Positions 1 through 12,329 of a stretch of 53,699 bases of DNA are shown here, piece by piece; the first letter of the stretch is position 1, and every line of letters starts with the position of its first letter. The stretch lies in assembly GCA_963575745.1 (NCBI GenBank), contig CAUYUJ010000297.1:62001-115699 (forward strand), written 5' to 3'. A program made the position numbers and the translations under genes. The notes beneath the pieces were generated by a model, which did no database searches, was not told the DNA's origin, and saw only the letters and a program-made list of their open reading frames with translations. Source of the stretch: Prorocentrum cordatum. Lineage: Eukaryota.

Positions 1-214
1 CCCAAGGGCCCGTCCTCGCATGCGTTTTTGCAGGATTCTTCGGGGGCTCCAGTGTCGCCGACGCACCGGGAGGAGAGGTTTGCGAGACTCTGTCCAGGAT
101 ACCTTCGCTCGGAAGTCTTGAGAATATCAAGGCACCCCCGTGCCCATTCAGGGTGGTGCAGGAGAAACTGTCAGACCAGCGCTTCACTCATCAATTCTTT
201 TTCGAAGATTTCAT

Positions 215-790
215 AAGCGCTGACACCTAGAAGTGTCTTCGGCGCCCTCTGGAGGTGTCTTCGGTGCCCTCTGGAGGTGCCGTCGGCGCTCTCTGGAAGC
301 TTTTCTTCAGAGCTTTATGTGGCTTCCGATAAGCTTCAAAGGGCTATTCCGTATGCGTTTGATCAGCATCCAAAAGGATTCCGAGAGGTTTTTGGCAGGG
401 TTCCAAGAGGCTTCTGAAAGGATTCCGAGGGACATCCGAGAGGCGATCCAGAGACTTCTGGGAGGCAGCTGAGAGCCTTCTGAACATCGGCTGAGAGACT
501 TCTGATAGGCTCGTGCCAGATCTCTGAGAGACTGCTGAGAGGCTGATAAAGACGCTTGTGGAACGCATCTGGGAGGCTTCCGAGAGGTGTGGGGGCGGCG
601 ATTGAGAGGCCTCTGGCTGCGGTTGTGGGAGGCTTCAGAGGAGCTTCTGAGAGGCTCCTGAGAGGCTCGCGACAGGCTTCTGAGAGGCTTCTGCGGGGCC
701 TTCGCGGGGCCTCCGAGAGGCTTCCGAGAGGGCTCCGACAGGCTTCTGCGAGGCTTCTGCGGCACGTCTGGCAGGTTTCCAAAAGGGCTC
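215..790. repeat. Degenerate GAGAGGCTTCY low-complexity repeat (related tracts near 4900-4985, 6530-6680 and 25232-25320)
   Basis: Direct inspection. Confidence 0.75.
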
Positions 791-972
791 TGGGGTCCCC
801 GCCGTGCCGTTGTCCCCGCCGAGCCGTCGCCCCGCTCTCCTCTCGCCTCGCCTCGCCTCTTGGTGCCTACTTGGGGTTACTACTTTCCTTTCGCTCCCCT
901 GGCGTTGGCCAAAGGCGGGGGTATCGAAGGGTCTCGGTCATCCCGACGAATCGATCCGCAGCATCGATCGTC

Positions 973-1053
973 GAGGAGGAACAGGAGGAGGAGGAGGAGG
1001 AGGAGGAGGAGGAGGAGGAGGAGGAGGAGGAGGAGGAGGAGGAGGAGGAGGAA
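973..1053. repeat. (GAG)n/(CCT)n microsatellite; many more, e.g. 2340-2442, 4327-4432, 5353-5440, 27102-27292, 30173-30290, 38723-38908, 39475-39626
   Basis: Direct inspection. Confidence 0.95.
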
Positions 1054-2442
1054 CAGAGCTTCGACTGCGGCGCGTCAGTAACAAAGCGAGATTTTTTTCG
1101 TCGCAGCGCGCAGAGGCAATCCGCACGCGCGCTTTGGTAGCCGGGAGCGCACGGCGTACGAATTATCTGGCTACAAGAGGGGGACTGGCGGGGAAGGGCG
1201 GCCGCGAAGGACAGGAGGGAGAGGAGGGCACCCACCACGGAAAGAATTTCAGGATGAGCGCGCCAGAGCGGCCAGCTGGGGCTGACGTGTCCCAGCGATG
1301 GGCGCGGGACGGCATCACGACCACACCCAGGGACCGAAGCCAGGGTTGCAGGCGCTAGAAACATGATGAGCAAGGTGAACCAGTGCGTCAGGAAGACTGG
1401 CCAGAAGAGGGCCCACGGCGGTAGGAGCGGCAGCATCCGAAGGTTCATCACGATGTCGTGAACGTCGGACTTTGCCGCAGAGGAACGGCGCCAGCTGGAT
1501 GCGGAACACGGCCCACATGTCCGAACGAGGAGCGCGGGAGGGGCTGCGCCAGTGCGCCTGGCCTGCAGCAGCATGCTGCTTTGCGAAACCCAGGATGCTG
1601 AACTGCCGAGGCGGTGCAGCAGGGGTTGGAGTGCTGCTGGGGGCGCCCAGTGGCGGCCCGGGCGGCGGGTGGCGGCGCGGGAGGAAAATGGGAGGGAGGA
1701 GCACCGCCAGGCTTGGCTGGCGCACGCATCATAGCCAAGCGGAGCGGGCGTCGCCCGACCGCAGGGTAAGCCAGGCGGTGGCGAGCCCATCCGCTGGAGC
1801 GGCGGGGCGTGGGCGCCGGGCGGGGGCCTGTCCAACGCGCGGCCCTTTGGGGGGCCGCGCGCAGGGCAGAGCCACCAGGGGGGGGGGCGGAAGAAGGGCG
1901 AGCGCGTCATGAGGGAGGGAGCAGCGGAGAGGGGCAGTTACCACGGGGGGCAGAAGGGGCCAGGCCGGGCACAATACGTGAGCGTGTGGCCTGGGCGGGC
2001 AGCGCGCGTGCCAGGAATACCTGTTCGGTGCGCGAACTTACACTTAAGTCGGGCGTGCCCCTCTACAAGAGGAGTATCAAAACAATAATCAGGGGCCGAT
2101 ATAGTGAACATTTAATTTCTTTTTGCATATTTTTTATTCTTCACTGCCGTTTGCAGACCTGTCTGTGACGAGGTTGCCCCTCTTCATTCTTGCGCTGACA
2201 CGATGCAGTTGTGTCGCCTACGGCACGGACGTCGTCCGGGTGTGCCTCTCGGTCCTGCTCGTATCTGATGGGCAGCGTGCGGTGCGCAGAGAGACTCGAC
2301 CGCGAGGCAGAAGCAGAGTCACATCGTCAGCAGCTTCCTCCCCTCACCCTCCTCCTCCTCCTCCTCCTCGTCCTCCCCCTCGTCCTCCTCCGCTTCCTCC
2401 TCCTCCTCCTCCTCCTCCTCCTCCTCGTCGTCCTCCTCCTCC

Positions 2443-4035
2443 AGTGCCGCCGAAGGATAACTCGGGCAGGTGGATTGTCAAATGCGGTACAGCAGATATG
2501 GCTAGTGGCGTCATATTTACTGATGGAGCATGTAATAATTTCTGGTACTGGCCCGAAGCGTCTCGTGCGGGATGGGGGTTCGCTAAGCTGGTGGATGATA
2601 AGATTGATCTTCTAGTATATGGTGCTCTCCCTGGGCCTGTGCAGTCCTCACCGCGGTCTGAGCTATATGCCTTCTTGCAGGTTTTGCAGATAGCCGTCTT
2701 GCCTTTATTAGTATACTCAGATTATAAGGGCCTGATCGAAGGCCTCACCTGGGGACCTCATTGGTGTAGACATCCTTCTAGGCCCAATGTTGATCTTTGG
2801 GGCCTAATTTGGACCAAGATCGACGATCTAGGAGGCCTCTCGGATAGTTTAGAAGTTCGACACGTGCGAGGGCACCAGCGAGGCATGGACGTCTTGGCGC
2901 GGGGGAACCGATGGGCCGACTTTGGGGCGACCAGGGGGCGGGATTTGCACTCGGTTCCCCGACGGCATGTCAAGGCCATGCGGATTGCTCTGAAGTCTGT
3001 TCGGTTGGTTTTGAAATCGCAGGTTGAAGCGTTGTTGGCCTTCGCTGCACATGGACGCGTCACTACTGTGCCGCGACGGGGCAAGAAGCCCACTCAGGCC
3101 AGGCAGGCCAAGAGTGATGCTGACCCCACCCCCCTCCCTCTCACCTGGCTCACGCCTTCTCGCAAGTGCCGAAGCGCCTCATTTGGAGGTGTAATTTCTG
3201 CATGAAAGGTGCCACGGCCAAGAGAGCGAGGGATCGTCTATCTCGTATAGCTTGTTTTGCCCGTGTCCTGGCGTCGAGGTCTTTCGACATGAGTTCGAGG
3301 GAGCCCCCGCGGATGCAGGGATGTGTCGCAGGTGACCAGGCCAATGCGGACTCCTCCCAGGATCTCACGGGCCCAGCCAGTGTCCCGCAGGAGGCCCCCA
3401 CTAAGCGAATGGGTGATTTTCTGGCTCGCTCAGGCTCGTCTGATGATAGGGACGTGAGGCCGCGTGTCACTTTTGCCCCAATTCAACGCGTCTTGGCTCC
3501 AGATGCCGATGAGCTGGCCTTGGCGCAGAGGCAAATCCTGGAGCCAAACTCTAAACGCAGGAAGATGGGCAGGCCCGCGCTGGCTGAGTCTACTGTCCCT
3601 GCGTGCCCGCTGCCCGCGTCTGGTATCGTCGGGCACTTATGTGCGCGTGGCCACCGATGTTGGGTCAGCCCAGGTCAGGTTGTTCTGTGCATTAAGTGTG
3701 GCTTTTTACACTACTGGAGTTGCAGGCCACCTGCTCCTGGATTGCACTGTCCCTCAAGTTTTGTCGGAGAGGGCTGCCCGTAACAGGAAGTTATTTTTGG
3801 AAGGCCTTCACCCAGCTGACGAGGGTGCCACCAGCAGCCGTCGAATTCCCGTTGCTCGTCCATTGCTCGCCAGTGACCCAGAGGTCACATGGCTAAGGCT
3901 GGGATGAGCTGCCTATGTTTGAGCCCGTTTCTGGTTTCTGGTCTCGGGGCTCCTTGGGCTTTCTTTCTGGGCGGCCTCCTGCCGCTTCGGCCCCTGGGAA
4001 ACTCCTGGTCGGCCAATTCGCTTGTGTTTTGTTTG
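2443..4035 (+). mobile_element. 5'-truncated non-LTR retrotransposon: RNase H domain plus frameshifted Cys-rich C-terminus
   Basis: RNase H1-like motifs are intact at about 2510-2950 (IFTDGAC, RAGWG, SSPRSELYA, VYSDY, DLW, HVRGH, GNRWAD). CxxC motifs (CNFC, CIKCG) follow in shifted frames, with a stop at 3905-3907. The element starts right after a (CCT)n tract. The 3' end is approximate. Confidence 0.8.
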
Positions 4036-5499
4036 GCCTGGCGGGGCGGACGGTCGGAGCGGCGGTGCGCGCGGCCGCCCGCGGCCCCCGCGTGGCGGCT
4101 CCTGCTCATCTTCCTCCACAGCAGGCGCGCCCACGCCCGCCGCCCGCCGTGCTTCGCCGCCGCCGCCGCCAGGCCCGCTTGCTCTGGAGTGCTCAACCGT
4201 GATCCCTTGGGTGGGTTGAGCCTCGTCCCTAGAGCACAGGGGAGGCCTCTTGGGCTCGCCCCATTCTGCTGTGGCCGTCGGCGCCCTGCGCGACGGTGTC
4301 CAGTCAGTGCCGTATCCTCCCCATCGTCCTCCTCCGCTTCCTCCTCCTCCTCCTCCTCCTCCTCCTCCCTTTCCTCGTCCTCCTCCTTCTCCTCCTCCTC
4401 CTCCTCCTCCTCCTCCTCCTCCTCCCCTCCCCCTGGCGTCCTTGCCCGCGCTCGGTCTTTCACCCCCCCCCCCCTTCCCCCTGGCATCTGGCCGGGGCGG
4501 CGGGGCTGGGCAGGTGGTGTAAAGCTGTTCGTGTGGCCTCTTGGCAGTGCTCATCTGTCTGGTGCCCGCACCAGCGCATCAGCTGCGCCGCCCAGCTGAA
4601 CGCCAGCGAGGGGAGGGCGCCAGGAGAGCCGCGCTGTCCGGGAGAGGGGTTTCAAGGCCCGGATGGAGACGGGACGTCTCGACCAAAGACCTCTGCCGCA
4701 GCAAGCTGCACGACCTGGTCGTCGTCCCCGGGACGTCCTCCGAGGACGCCCAGGACAACGACGAGCGCCCTTGGCCGTTGTCGTCCTCGTCTCTGCGCCG
4801 ACCGCCCTCTATCAACGCAGGACGAGGAGGACGACGACCCAGGACGTTCTCCCGCCACGGGGGGGAAGGCAGAGGCGGCGGGCCGTCCCCAGCAGGCTCA
4901 GAAGGCTCCTTGCCTTCCGAGATGCTTCCGCAGGCCTCTCCGAAGCCGCAACAGGCCTCGCAGAGGGCCCGCCGCCTGCTGAGATGCCTGCCCCCTCTCA
5001 CTGCCCCCCTCGGCGCGCCGCCGACGGGAGTGGCACCAGGCAAAAAGAGAGTGACCGCTGGCGGCCAACCCCGGGGGGGAGAGTGAGAGCCCACCGTCTT
5101 TGAGAAGGCCTGCCTCCTCTCACAAAGCCCGCTGCCATGGCTGAGGGCAACATCTACGGTCAAGCCGATCGGAGGGCCGGAGTGGGCCTGAATTGCGTGT
5201 GTTAGGAACGTCCGCGCGATTTCGGCGTTTGACTTGTGTGTGTGTGCCCCCTCCGCCGCGCGCCGAGCGGCGGGGCCGGCCGCGCCACGCGCGCGGGGGG
5301 CGTCCTGACCCCTGAGCCGCCCGCCCCGTCCTCATTTTCCTTCGGCCGCGCCCCTCCTCCCTCCTCCTCCCTCCTCCTCCTCCCTCCTCCTCCCTCCTCC
5401 TCCTCCCTCCTCCCTCCTCCTCCCTCCTCCTCCCTCTTCCTCCGGTACCCCCGTTCATGCCTTTATCGACAGCGCAGCTACCCTCTGCCTAGCCTCGCC

Positions 5500-5640
5500 G
5501 AGCGCGCTCCACGGCTCGCAGAGTGCCTACTCGCAAACGTCCGAAAACACATGTCTGCTTTGATGTAATTTCTCGTAGGTCCCCCGCGGGGGATCCAGGC
5601 CATTTGCGAGTAGTCCCTTTGCGAGCAGTGGAACGCGCTC
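5500..5640. repeat. Foldback hairpin: ~40-bp imperfect stem with a 14-bp palindrome TCCCCCGCGGGGGA in the loop
   Basis: GAGCGCGCTCCAC/GTGGAACGCGCTC, GCTCGCA/TGCGAGC, CTACTCGCAAA/TTTGCGAGTAG. Confidence 0.75.
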
Positions 5641-5817
5641 GTCTAGCCAGCGCAGCCGCCCTCTGTCCAGCCGCCGACGCCAAAAGTGCTTGTGCCTCCT
5701 CTCGCTTTCCCCCTCGGCTCTTTCTGCGTCTGGGGCAGGGCTGTGGGGCTTCGGGCCTTCGGCGAGGGGGCATCGTGCTCGTGGTCAGGTTGTCACGAGA
5801 TGGTCACTATCAGGAGG

Positions 5818-5916
5818 GACACAACAACACACAGACACACTTAATCGTCGATTTCCCGAAACATATGGGAAACAGTGGGAAGTGGGGGGGAAGACATAGA
5901 CCCAGAAAATATGGGG

Positions 5917-5992
<76 letters not shown>

Positions 5993-6040
5993 AATCCTGT
6001 TATTTGTGTCTATTGCTTCGTGTGTCCCAGGGCCCCTTCA
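5818..6040. repeat. Dispersed ATATGGG repeat (other copies at 25415-25563, and split at 19975-20082 + 23453-23476); this copy contains a (TA)n expansion at 5917-5990
   Basis: Shared ACACAGACAC..ATCGTCGAT..ATATGGG..GAAGTGGGGGG..GAATCCTGTTATTTGTGTC..CCCAGGGCCCC. Confidence 0.85.
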
Positions 6041-6901
6041 CATTAGTTCGGCAGCAGATCGTGGGAGCCTGGTACCCCTCCTCAATTCCGTCTCTCGCGT
6101 CGACTAGTGTCGATTAGCGCCTGGGCGTCGATGAGGCAGCGCCGCTTTGGCGTCGGATGGCGTCGATTGGCGTCGATTTAGCGTCGATTTAGCGTCGATT
6201 TAGCGTCGATCCGCAAGAGCCGAAAAAATGGTATGGAGGCTCCCACGAGTTGCCACCGAACACTAGCACCTGTACACATCAGACCCCTCGACTTCTCTGG
6301 GTGGAATTCCGTGTGGGCTGTGGGCGTGTGCTGTCGGATGGGAGTCCCTGCTCGAAGGAGCCCCGCTGGGGTCCGACGACCCGCGCCAATACCTGTAACG
6401 TCTTCATATCCTTTCTCTTCGCCCATTCCTCCTTCCTGTAGGTTTGTGTGTGTGTGCTGTTCTTTCGTGTTCGACTGAAGACGTTCTTCGGCGGCGAGCC
6501 CAAAGGGCAAGTGAGAAGGGGTGGGCCTTTTTCAGAAGTCTCAGAGGGCCCCTGGCCTTCTGACAAGTTTTCTGAGCTTTCTCCGAAGACAACTGCTTCC
6601 CAGAAGGCCGAAGAGAGGGACCTGCTTCTCAGGAGTCCACAGGGCTCCTGAGAAGCTCCGCCGCCTTCTGAGAAGGCCTGCCCCTTTAGTGATTATCGTC
6701 GTCTGGTTTTCGGGTCGGTCGTTCGGGACGATTCCGGCACCCCCGGAACGCTCTTGGCGAGGCGCAGCTGCTGGAAGGTACCCCGAGGCTGGAAAACCTC
6801 CGAGGACCAGCGACAGCTCTCGAAAACCTCGGACCTCGAACCGACGCCCGAAAACCTCGAGCCCGTTGCCCCTGGGCTTGCCGACGAATCCCTCCGCCCA
6901 G

Positions 6902-6997
6902 GACGCCGTGGAGGGGGCGCTGCGCGCCCAGGGCGAGGCCGAGGAGCGGCTGCGGCAGCTCGAGGAGCGCCTGCGCGGGCTGCTGGGCGAGGCGCAG
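6902..6997 (+). CDS. Isolated phase-0 exon of a coiled-coil protein (DAVEGALRAQGEAEERLRQLEERLRGLLGEAQ)
   Basis: cag| acceptor, CAG|gt donor, 96 nt, near-100% GC3, heptad-like E/R/L/A content. Confidence 0.75.
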
Positions 6998-7637
6998 GTG
7001 CGGCCCGCCACGCCGCCGCCGGCGGCGGCCGCCGTCGTCGGGGTGCCGCCGCCAGCGGCGGCGAGGCTGACGACGGCGGCGACGGGGATGATCGCGGGGG
7101 GGAGGCGGATCCTCAGATCTGATGCTGCAAAAAGTTGCAACATCGCAAGAAATCACCACTGGAGCCCCGGACCCAATCCTCTTGCGTCATTTATCGAGCC
7201 GGATCGATCCGTGAGGGTCCCAGGGCCCGAAACCATGCGAACACGCCCGTTGCGGAATGATTCCAATGCCAGGGTCTCAGGCGATGGGGGGAGGCGGAGA
7301 AGGAGCGTCCTCTTACCCCCCTTCTGCTGCATGTGAATCCGTGTGCTGTGGACACTCCGATCGACCGATCTCTTGGGCTGGGGGCAGCAGAAGGCGCACG
7401 AGTTGGGGGCAGGAGGCGGGGGAGCAGGCGGTGTAGGCGGACGGGGGGAGGGCCATGGGGAGACGGTAAGCTAGGGGCGCTCGCGCCATATCTGAGGCGG
7501 GGCCGCGCCGGGGCAGGGAGGGGGCGGGGGAGGGAGGGGGAGGGGGAGGAGGAGTGAGGGGGAATAAGTAGGATGATGGTGTTGATGATAACGATGACGG
7601 TGGTGATGACGATGACGATGGCGAACACGATGACCAG

Positions 7638-7669
<32 letters not shown>

Positions 7670-7928
7670 TCATGCTGACGATGATGACGACGAGTATGGT
7701 GATGATAGTGATGATGATGATGATGATGATGGTGATGATGACGCTGACGCTGATAACGATGATGCTGATAATGATGGTGATGGTGATGATGATGACGAGG
7801 CTGCTGCTGATGATGAGGATTAGGATGGCGGTAATGATTGTGGTGATGGTGATGATGGTGGTGATGGTGATGATGGTCATGATGCTGATGATTGGGATGA
7901 TTGATGATGGTGATGATGGTGATGATGG

Positions 7929-7977
<49 letters not shown>

Positions 7978-8129
7978 ACGGGTGGTGGTGGTAATGACGT
8001 CAATCGTGGTTACGTCAATCGCTGTGATGCTGACGTGGAGGATGCTGCTGCTGATGGTGAGGGTAATGCCGAGGATTCTCCTGCTGATGATATAGATGAT
8101 GATGATTATATTGATGATGTTGCTGTTGC

Positions 8130-8165
<36 letters not shown>

Positions 8166-8580
8166 CGACAAGGACGACGACGATGATGATGGTGATGCTG
8201 GTGATCATGATGCCAGCGAGGACGATGATGGTGGTCTTGATATGATGATGACGATGCTGATGATCATGCTGCTGATGCTGGTGTTGAGGCTGCTGCTGCT
8301 GATGGTGATGATGAAGATAATGATGATGATTATGATGCGGAGGATCAGGACACTGATAACAATTATGGTGATGATGATGGTGATAATGATGAGGGTGATG
8401 CTGATGATGATATTGTTGATGATGACGACGACGATGATGATGATGCTGATGATGACGATGATGGTGGCGCGTACGACGATGACGATGATGCTGATGTCGA
8501 CGACGATGATGCTGATGATGATGGGTGATGATGGTGGTGGTGATGATGATAATGATGATGATGACGACGACGACGACGAC

Positions 8581-8616
<36 letters not shown>

Positions 8617-8964
8617 AATCGTGGTGATGGTGGTGGTGGTGATGATGATGATGATGCTGATGATGATGACGATGATGCTTCTGCTGCTGATGATGATGAT
8701 TATGATGACGATGGTGATGATGGTGGTGATGAGGATGACGTCGATGGTAGGGACGACGATCGGCATCAGAGAGGAAAACGTAGCAAGCATAATGTTTCGC
8801 AGGTCCGCGCGGATCTCTTGCATCGGCGCTGGATCTCCCATCCCTGGCGCGCGGAGAGCGCCATGGACGGCGCTGAAGGCGCCGCTAGGCGGGTCCAGCG
8901 CCGATCCAGGAGATCCGCGCGGACCTCAGAAAGGTTACGCTTATGCCCCTTTTTGCTCCTCTAG

Positions 8965-9342
8965 TCCAGGATGCCCCCTCGGGGCCCCTGGAGGCTTCCA
9001 CGGGGATCTGCCGGCGGTGGCGACGGCAGCGCAGCGGCGGGGCGACGGGCGACGGGCGATAGACGGCGGGGAGAAGGCCGCCAGTGGAGCAAGATCAGGG
9101 GGGAACAATGGGGTTTCTGTCGACCCCCGAGAGAAGCAAGAGGTCCTGATACTGATACGTTCCATGATGTCCAAGTTTTCAAGGATTTCCAATCTATTCT
9201 GATGCTCCACCGGGGCTGCAGAAACGAGGGCCGCTAGATGTTTTGGAATTCCTTGGCGATATCGGTGTTTGCCCTATTGCAGCAAACCTCCATGGCCTGC
9301 CCCCGCCAGTGTCCTTCAGGGGGCCCCAGGGGGCATCCAGGG
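8965..9342. mobile_element. MITE-like element with ~30-bp TIRs inside the 8760-9580 interruption of the (GAT)n array
   Basis: GGATGCCCCCTCGGGGCCCCTGGAGG pairs with CCTTCAGGGGGCCCCAGGGGGCATCC. Confidence 0.65.
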
Positions 9343-9981
9343 GGGGAGGCTTCCGTAGGGCGCTGCGTGATGGTCATCTCGAACATGGCGCACGCCTGTC
9401 GACGCAAGCGTTGCAGCAGAGTCTGAACCGAAGACGCCTGCGGCGAACCACCGCCGCCCCCCCTTCTTGTCGGGAAACGCCCATGTGGCCACACGCTGAG
9501 CCAAAGACTGGCCAAGCTATTGGACGACGTGCTCCCCCAGCCGTTGTGGAACACCTTGGGGGACCACTTGGGGGAGGAAGAGAGGATGATGCTGCTGATG
9601 ATGATGCTGATGAATGCTGATTATGATGACGATGACGATGACGATGGTGATGATCATGATAACGACGTTCATGATAACGATGATGATGCTACTGCTGATG
9701 ATGATTATGATAGTGATTCTGATGACGACGATCATGATGATGTATGATGATAGCGGTGGTGGTGATGATGATTACGATGATGACGATGACGATGATGATG
9801 CTGCTGCTGACAATGATGATGGCGATGCTGATGGTGATTGTGATAGTGATGGCGATGCTGATGATGACGATGATGATGGTGATGATGCTAATGATGGTGA
9901 TGATGCTGAGGATGATGATGATGATGCTGATGCTGATGCTGTTGATGACGATCATGATAATGATGCTGTTGCTGATGCTGA

Positions 9982-10031
<50 letters not shown>

Positions 10032-10744
10032 CCATGACGAGGAGGAGGATGATGATCTGATGATGATGGTTATGATGATGATGACTATGACGTTAACGAT
10101 AACGACGACGGCACTGATGATGACGATGGTAATGATGATGCTGTTGTTGATGATGGTGATGATGATCACCATCATGTCAATGATGGTGATGGTGACTGTG
10201 CTGGCGATTCTGATGTTGATTGCGATGGTGATGATGATGCTGATGCTGATGCTGACGATGATGATGATGATGATGACCATGACGACGAAGAGGATGATGA
10301 TCTGATGATGCTGATGATGCTGATGATGATGATGATGATTATGATGATGACTATGACGTTCACGGTAACGACGACGATGATGACGATGGTAATGATGATG
10401 CTGTTGTTGATGATGGTGATGCTGATCACCATCATGTTAATGATGGTGATGGTGACTGTGCTGGCGATTGTGATGCTGATTGCGATGGTGATGATGATGA
10501 AGATGATGATGATGCTGCTGATCATGATGGGGATTCTGATGCTGCTAATTGTGATGACGATGCTAATGACGCAGATGCCGACGATGATGATGAAGATGCT
10601 GATGATGCTGATGATGATGATTATGATGCTGCTGCTGATCATGACTAAGATGGTAGTGCTGATGATGATGATGGTGCTGATGATGAGGATGATGGTGATG
10701 GTGATGGTGATGGTGATGGTGATGATGGTGATGATGATGAGGAT

Positions 10745-10815
<71 letters not shown>

Positions 10816-10816
<1 letters not shown>

Positions 10817-11360
10817 CGCCCCAAGGACCACAGTTTTTTCCTCGTGGGCCCAGAACGACGTTGTGAAGTCTTGAGCAGACGCTCAAGAGACAACCGCCTT
10901 GGGATCCAACGAGGTTCGCGCGGATCCAATTTTGGTGTTCGTTTCTGCGTCGGTGGGTCCGGTTTCCGTCCGCGCGGATCCGATTTCGGATTTTCAGGAT
11001 TCGCGTCCAGTCTTTTTTTATATGGCGGATCCGATATCTACCCCGTCTAAAATTCATATAATTGAACTAAAACGGGCAAGCGGACGAAATCGGATCCGCG
11101 GACCCCGGAACCCGCCCATGCTAAGATTCTATGGGGGAAGGGGGGTTCGGTCATCAACTTCCCATGATGGGCCCTGCGTTGTCCCTCGCACTCCCATCAA
11201 CTTTCCGCGAGCGCGGGTCCCACTCAACATGGATGCGTTTCTCTCCTCCCGGTTGCTGCACGCAGCTCGTCCAGACGCCGTGGGTTCGGCGGCGCCGATG
11301 TAATCTCGCGAACTCTTCATCGCCATTCTCACCTCAAGAGGAAAATTTGTCGTCCTGCGT
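10816..11360. mobile_element. TIR element inserted in the (GAT)n array, with internal CGCGGATCC repeats
   Basis: ACGC..AGGACCACAGTTTTTTCCTC pairs with GAGGAAAATTTGTCGTCCTGCGT; ATG on both flanks. Confidence 0.65.
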
Positions 11361-11714
11361 ATGGTGATGATGGTGATGCTGATGATGCTGATGATTTGTT
11401 AAGATGGTGATGGCGATAATGATGCTGCTGTTGCTGCATGGTGACGATGCTGCTGCTGCTGATGATGCTGATGACGATGATGATGCTGATGATGATGCTG
11501 GTGATTATGACTGGTGGTGGTGGTGGTGATGGTGATGAGAATGATGATGACGATGATGACGTTTCTGACGACGGTGAGGATGACTACGACGATAGTCATG
11601 ATGATGCTGATGATGATAATGCTGCTGCTGTTTCCGATGAGGATGACGACCGCGATGACGAGGACGACGACGACGGCGAGGAGGAGGAGGAGGAGGAGGA
11701 GGGCTCGGGTCCCT

Positions 11715-12250
11715 TTTGAGGCTCCTTGGTGGCTGGGGGCCTCCTGGGGGCCTCTTATGAGTCCCCTTGGGGGCATGGCGCTTGGTCCTCTTGGGGGCAT
11801 GCCGCTTGGGGCATGTGGGTCTCAATGTCCCGTCTTGGGACTCTCTGGGTCTCTGGGTCCGCCTTGGGGCCGTCTGTTAGGCTCTCTGGGCCCTCTTGGG
11901 GTGCTTTGAGGCCGTTTTGGGGTTATCTTGGAGGCGCCTGGGGCCGCCTTGCGCCGTCGGAAGCCCAAAAGGACGAGAACCCGGAGGTCTGTCAAACACT
12001 CGCGGAACATCAATGGCTTTGGGGTCTTCGGGTCCTGGAGGGCCTCCTGGAGCACTCTTGGGCCGTCTCGGCGTCTTCTAAGGCCGTCTAGTGGCCATGC
12101 TGGGCCGTCTTGGGTGCATTTGGGATCGTCTTGGAAGCATTTTGGGGCCATCTTGGCTCTTCTTAGGGCCATATTTGGCGGCGTCTTAAAGGCCATCTGG
12201 GAGCGTCTTGGATGCCATCTCGGGCCATCTTGGACCATCTGGCCAGTCTT
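11715..12250. repeat. Degenerate TCTTGGGGCC-type low-complexity repeat (related tracts at 19300-19495 and 40370-40700)
   Basis: Direct inspection. Confidence 0.7.
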
Positions 12251-12329
12251 TCGCCAATCAGAGCTTGCCTCTGTAGGGGTCCTTTCGGATTCATATGGTT
12301 AGGTGAGGTGCGTCACCGATTTCCGCGGC

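Larger units (their letters stand above)
7572..11690. repeat. Degenerate (GAT)n microsatellite field of about 4 kb with TE insertions and a ~266-bp internal duplication
   Basis: Direct inspection; ATGACTATGACGTT at 10081 and 10347. Confidence 0.95.

Noticed and set aside
1330..1640. Coding-looking stretch (KRAHGGRSGSIRRFI...DFAAEERRQLDAE)
   Set aside because: In-frame stop, no splice sites or family I can support; probably a decayed TE fragment.
2123..3205. Cellular RNase H1 gene
   Set aside because: The N-terminus is a CCT microsatellite, the downstream Cys-rich region is frameshifted, and there are no introns; a truncated retrotransposon fits better.
7191..10874. Long poly-Met/Asp/Ile/His ORFs
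   Set aside because: Artefacts of the (GAT)n microsatellite; the same applies to poly-Glu/Pro/Val/Arg ORFs elsewhere.
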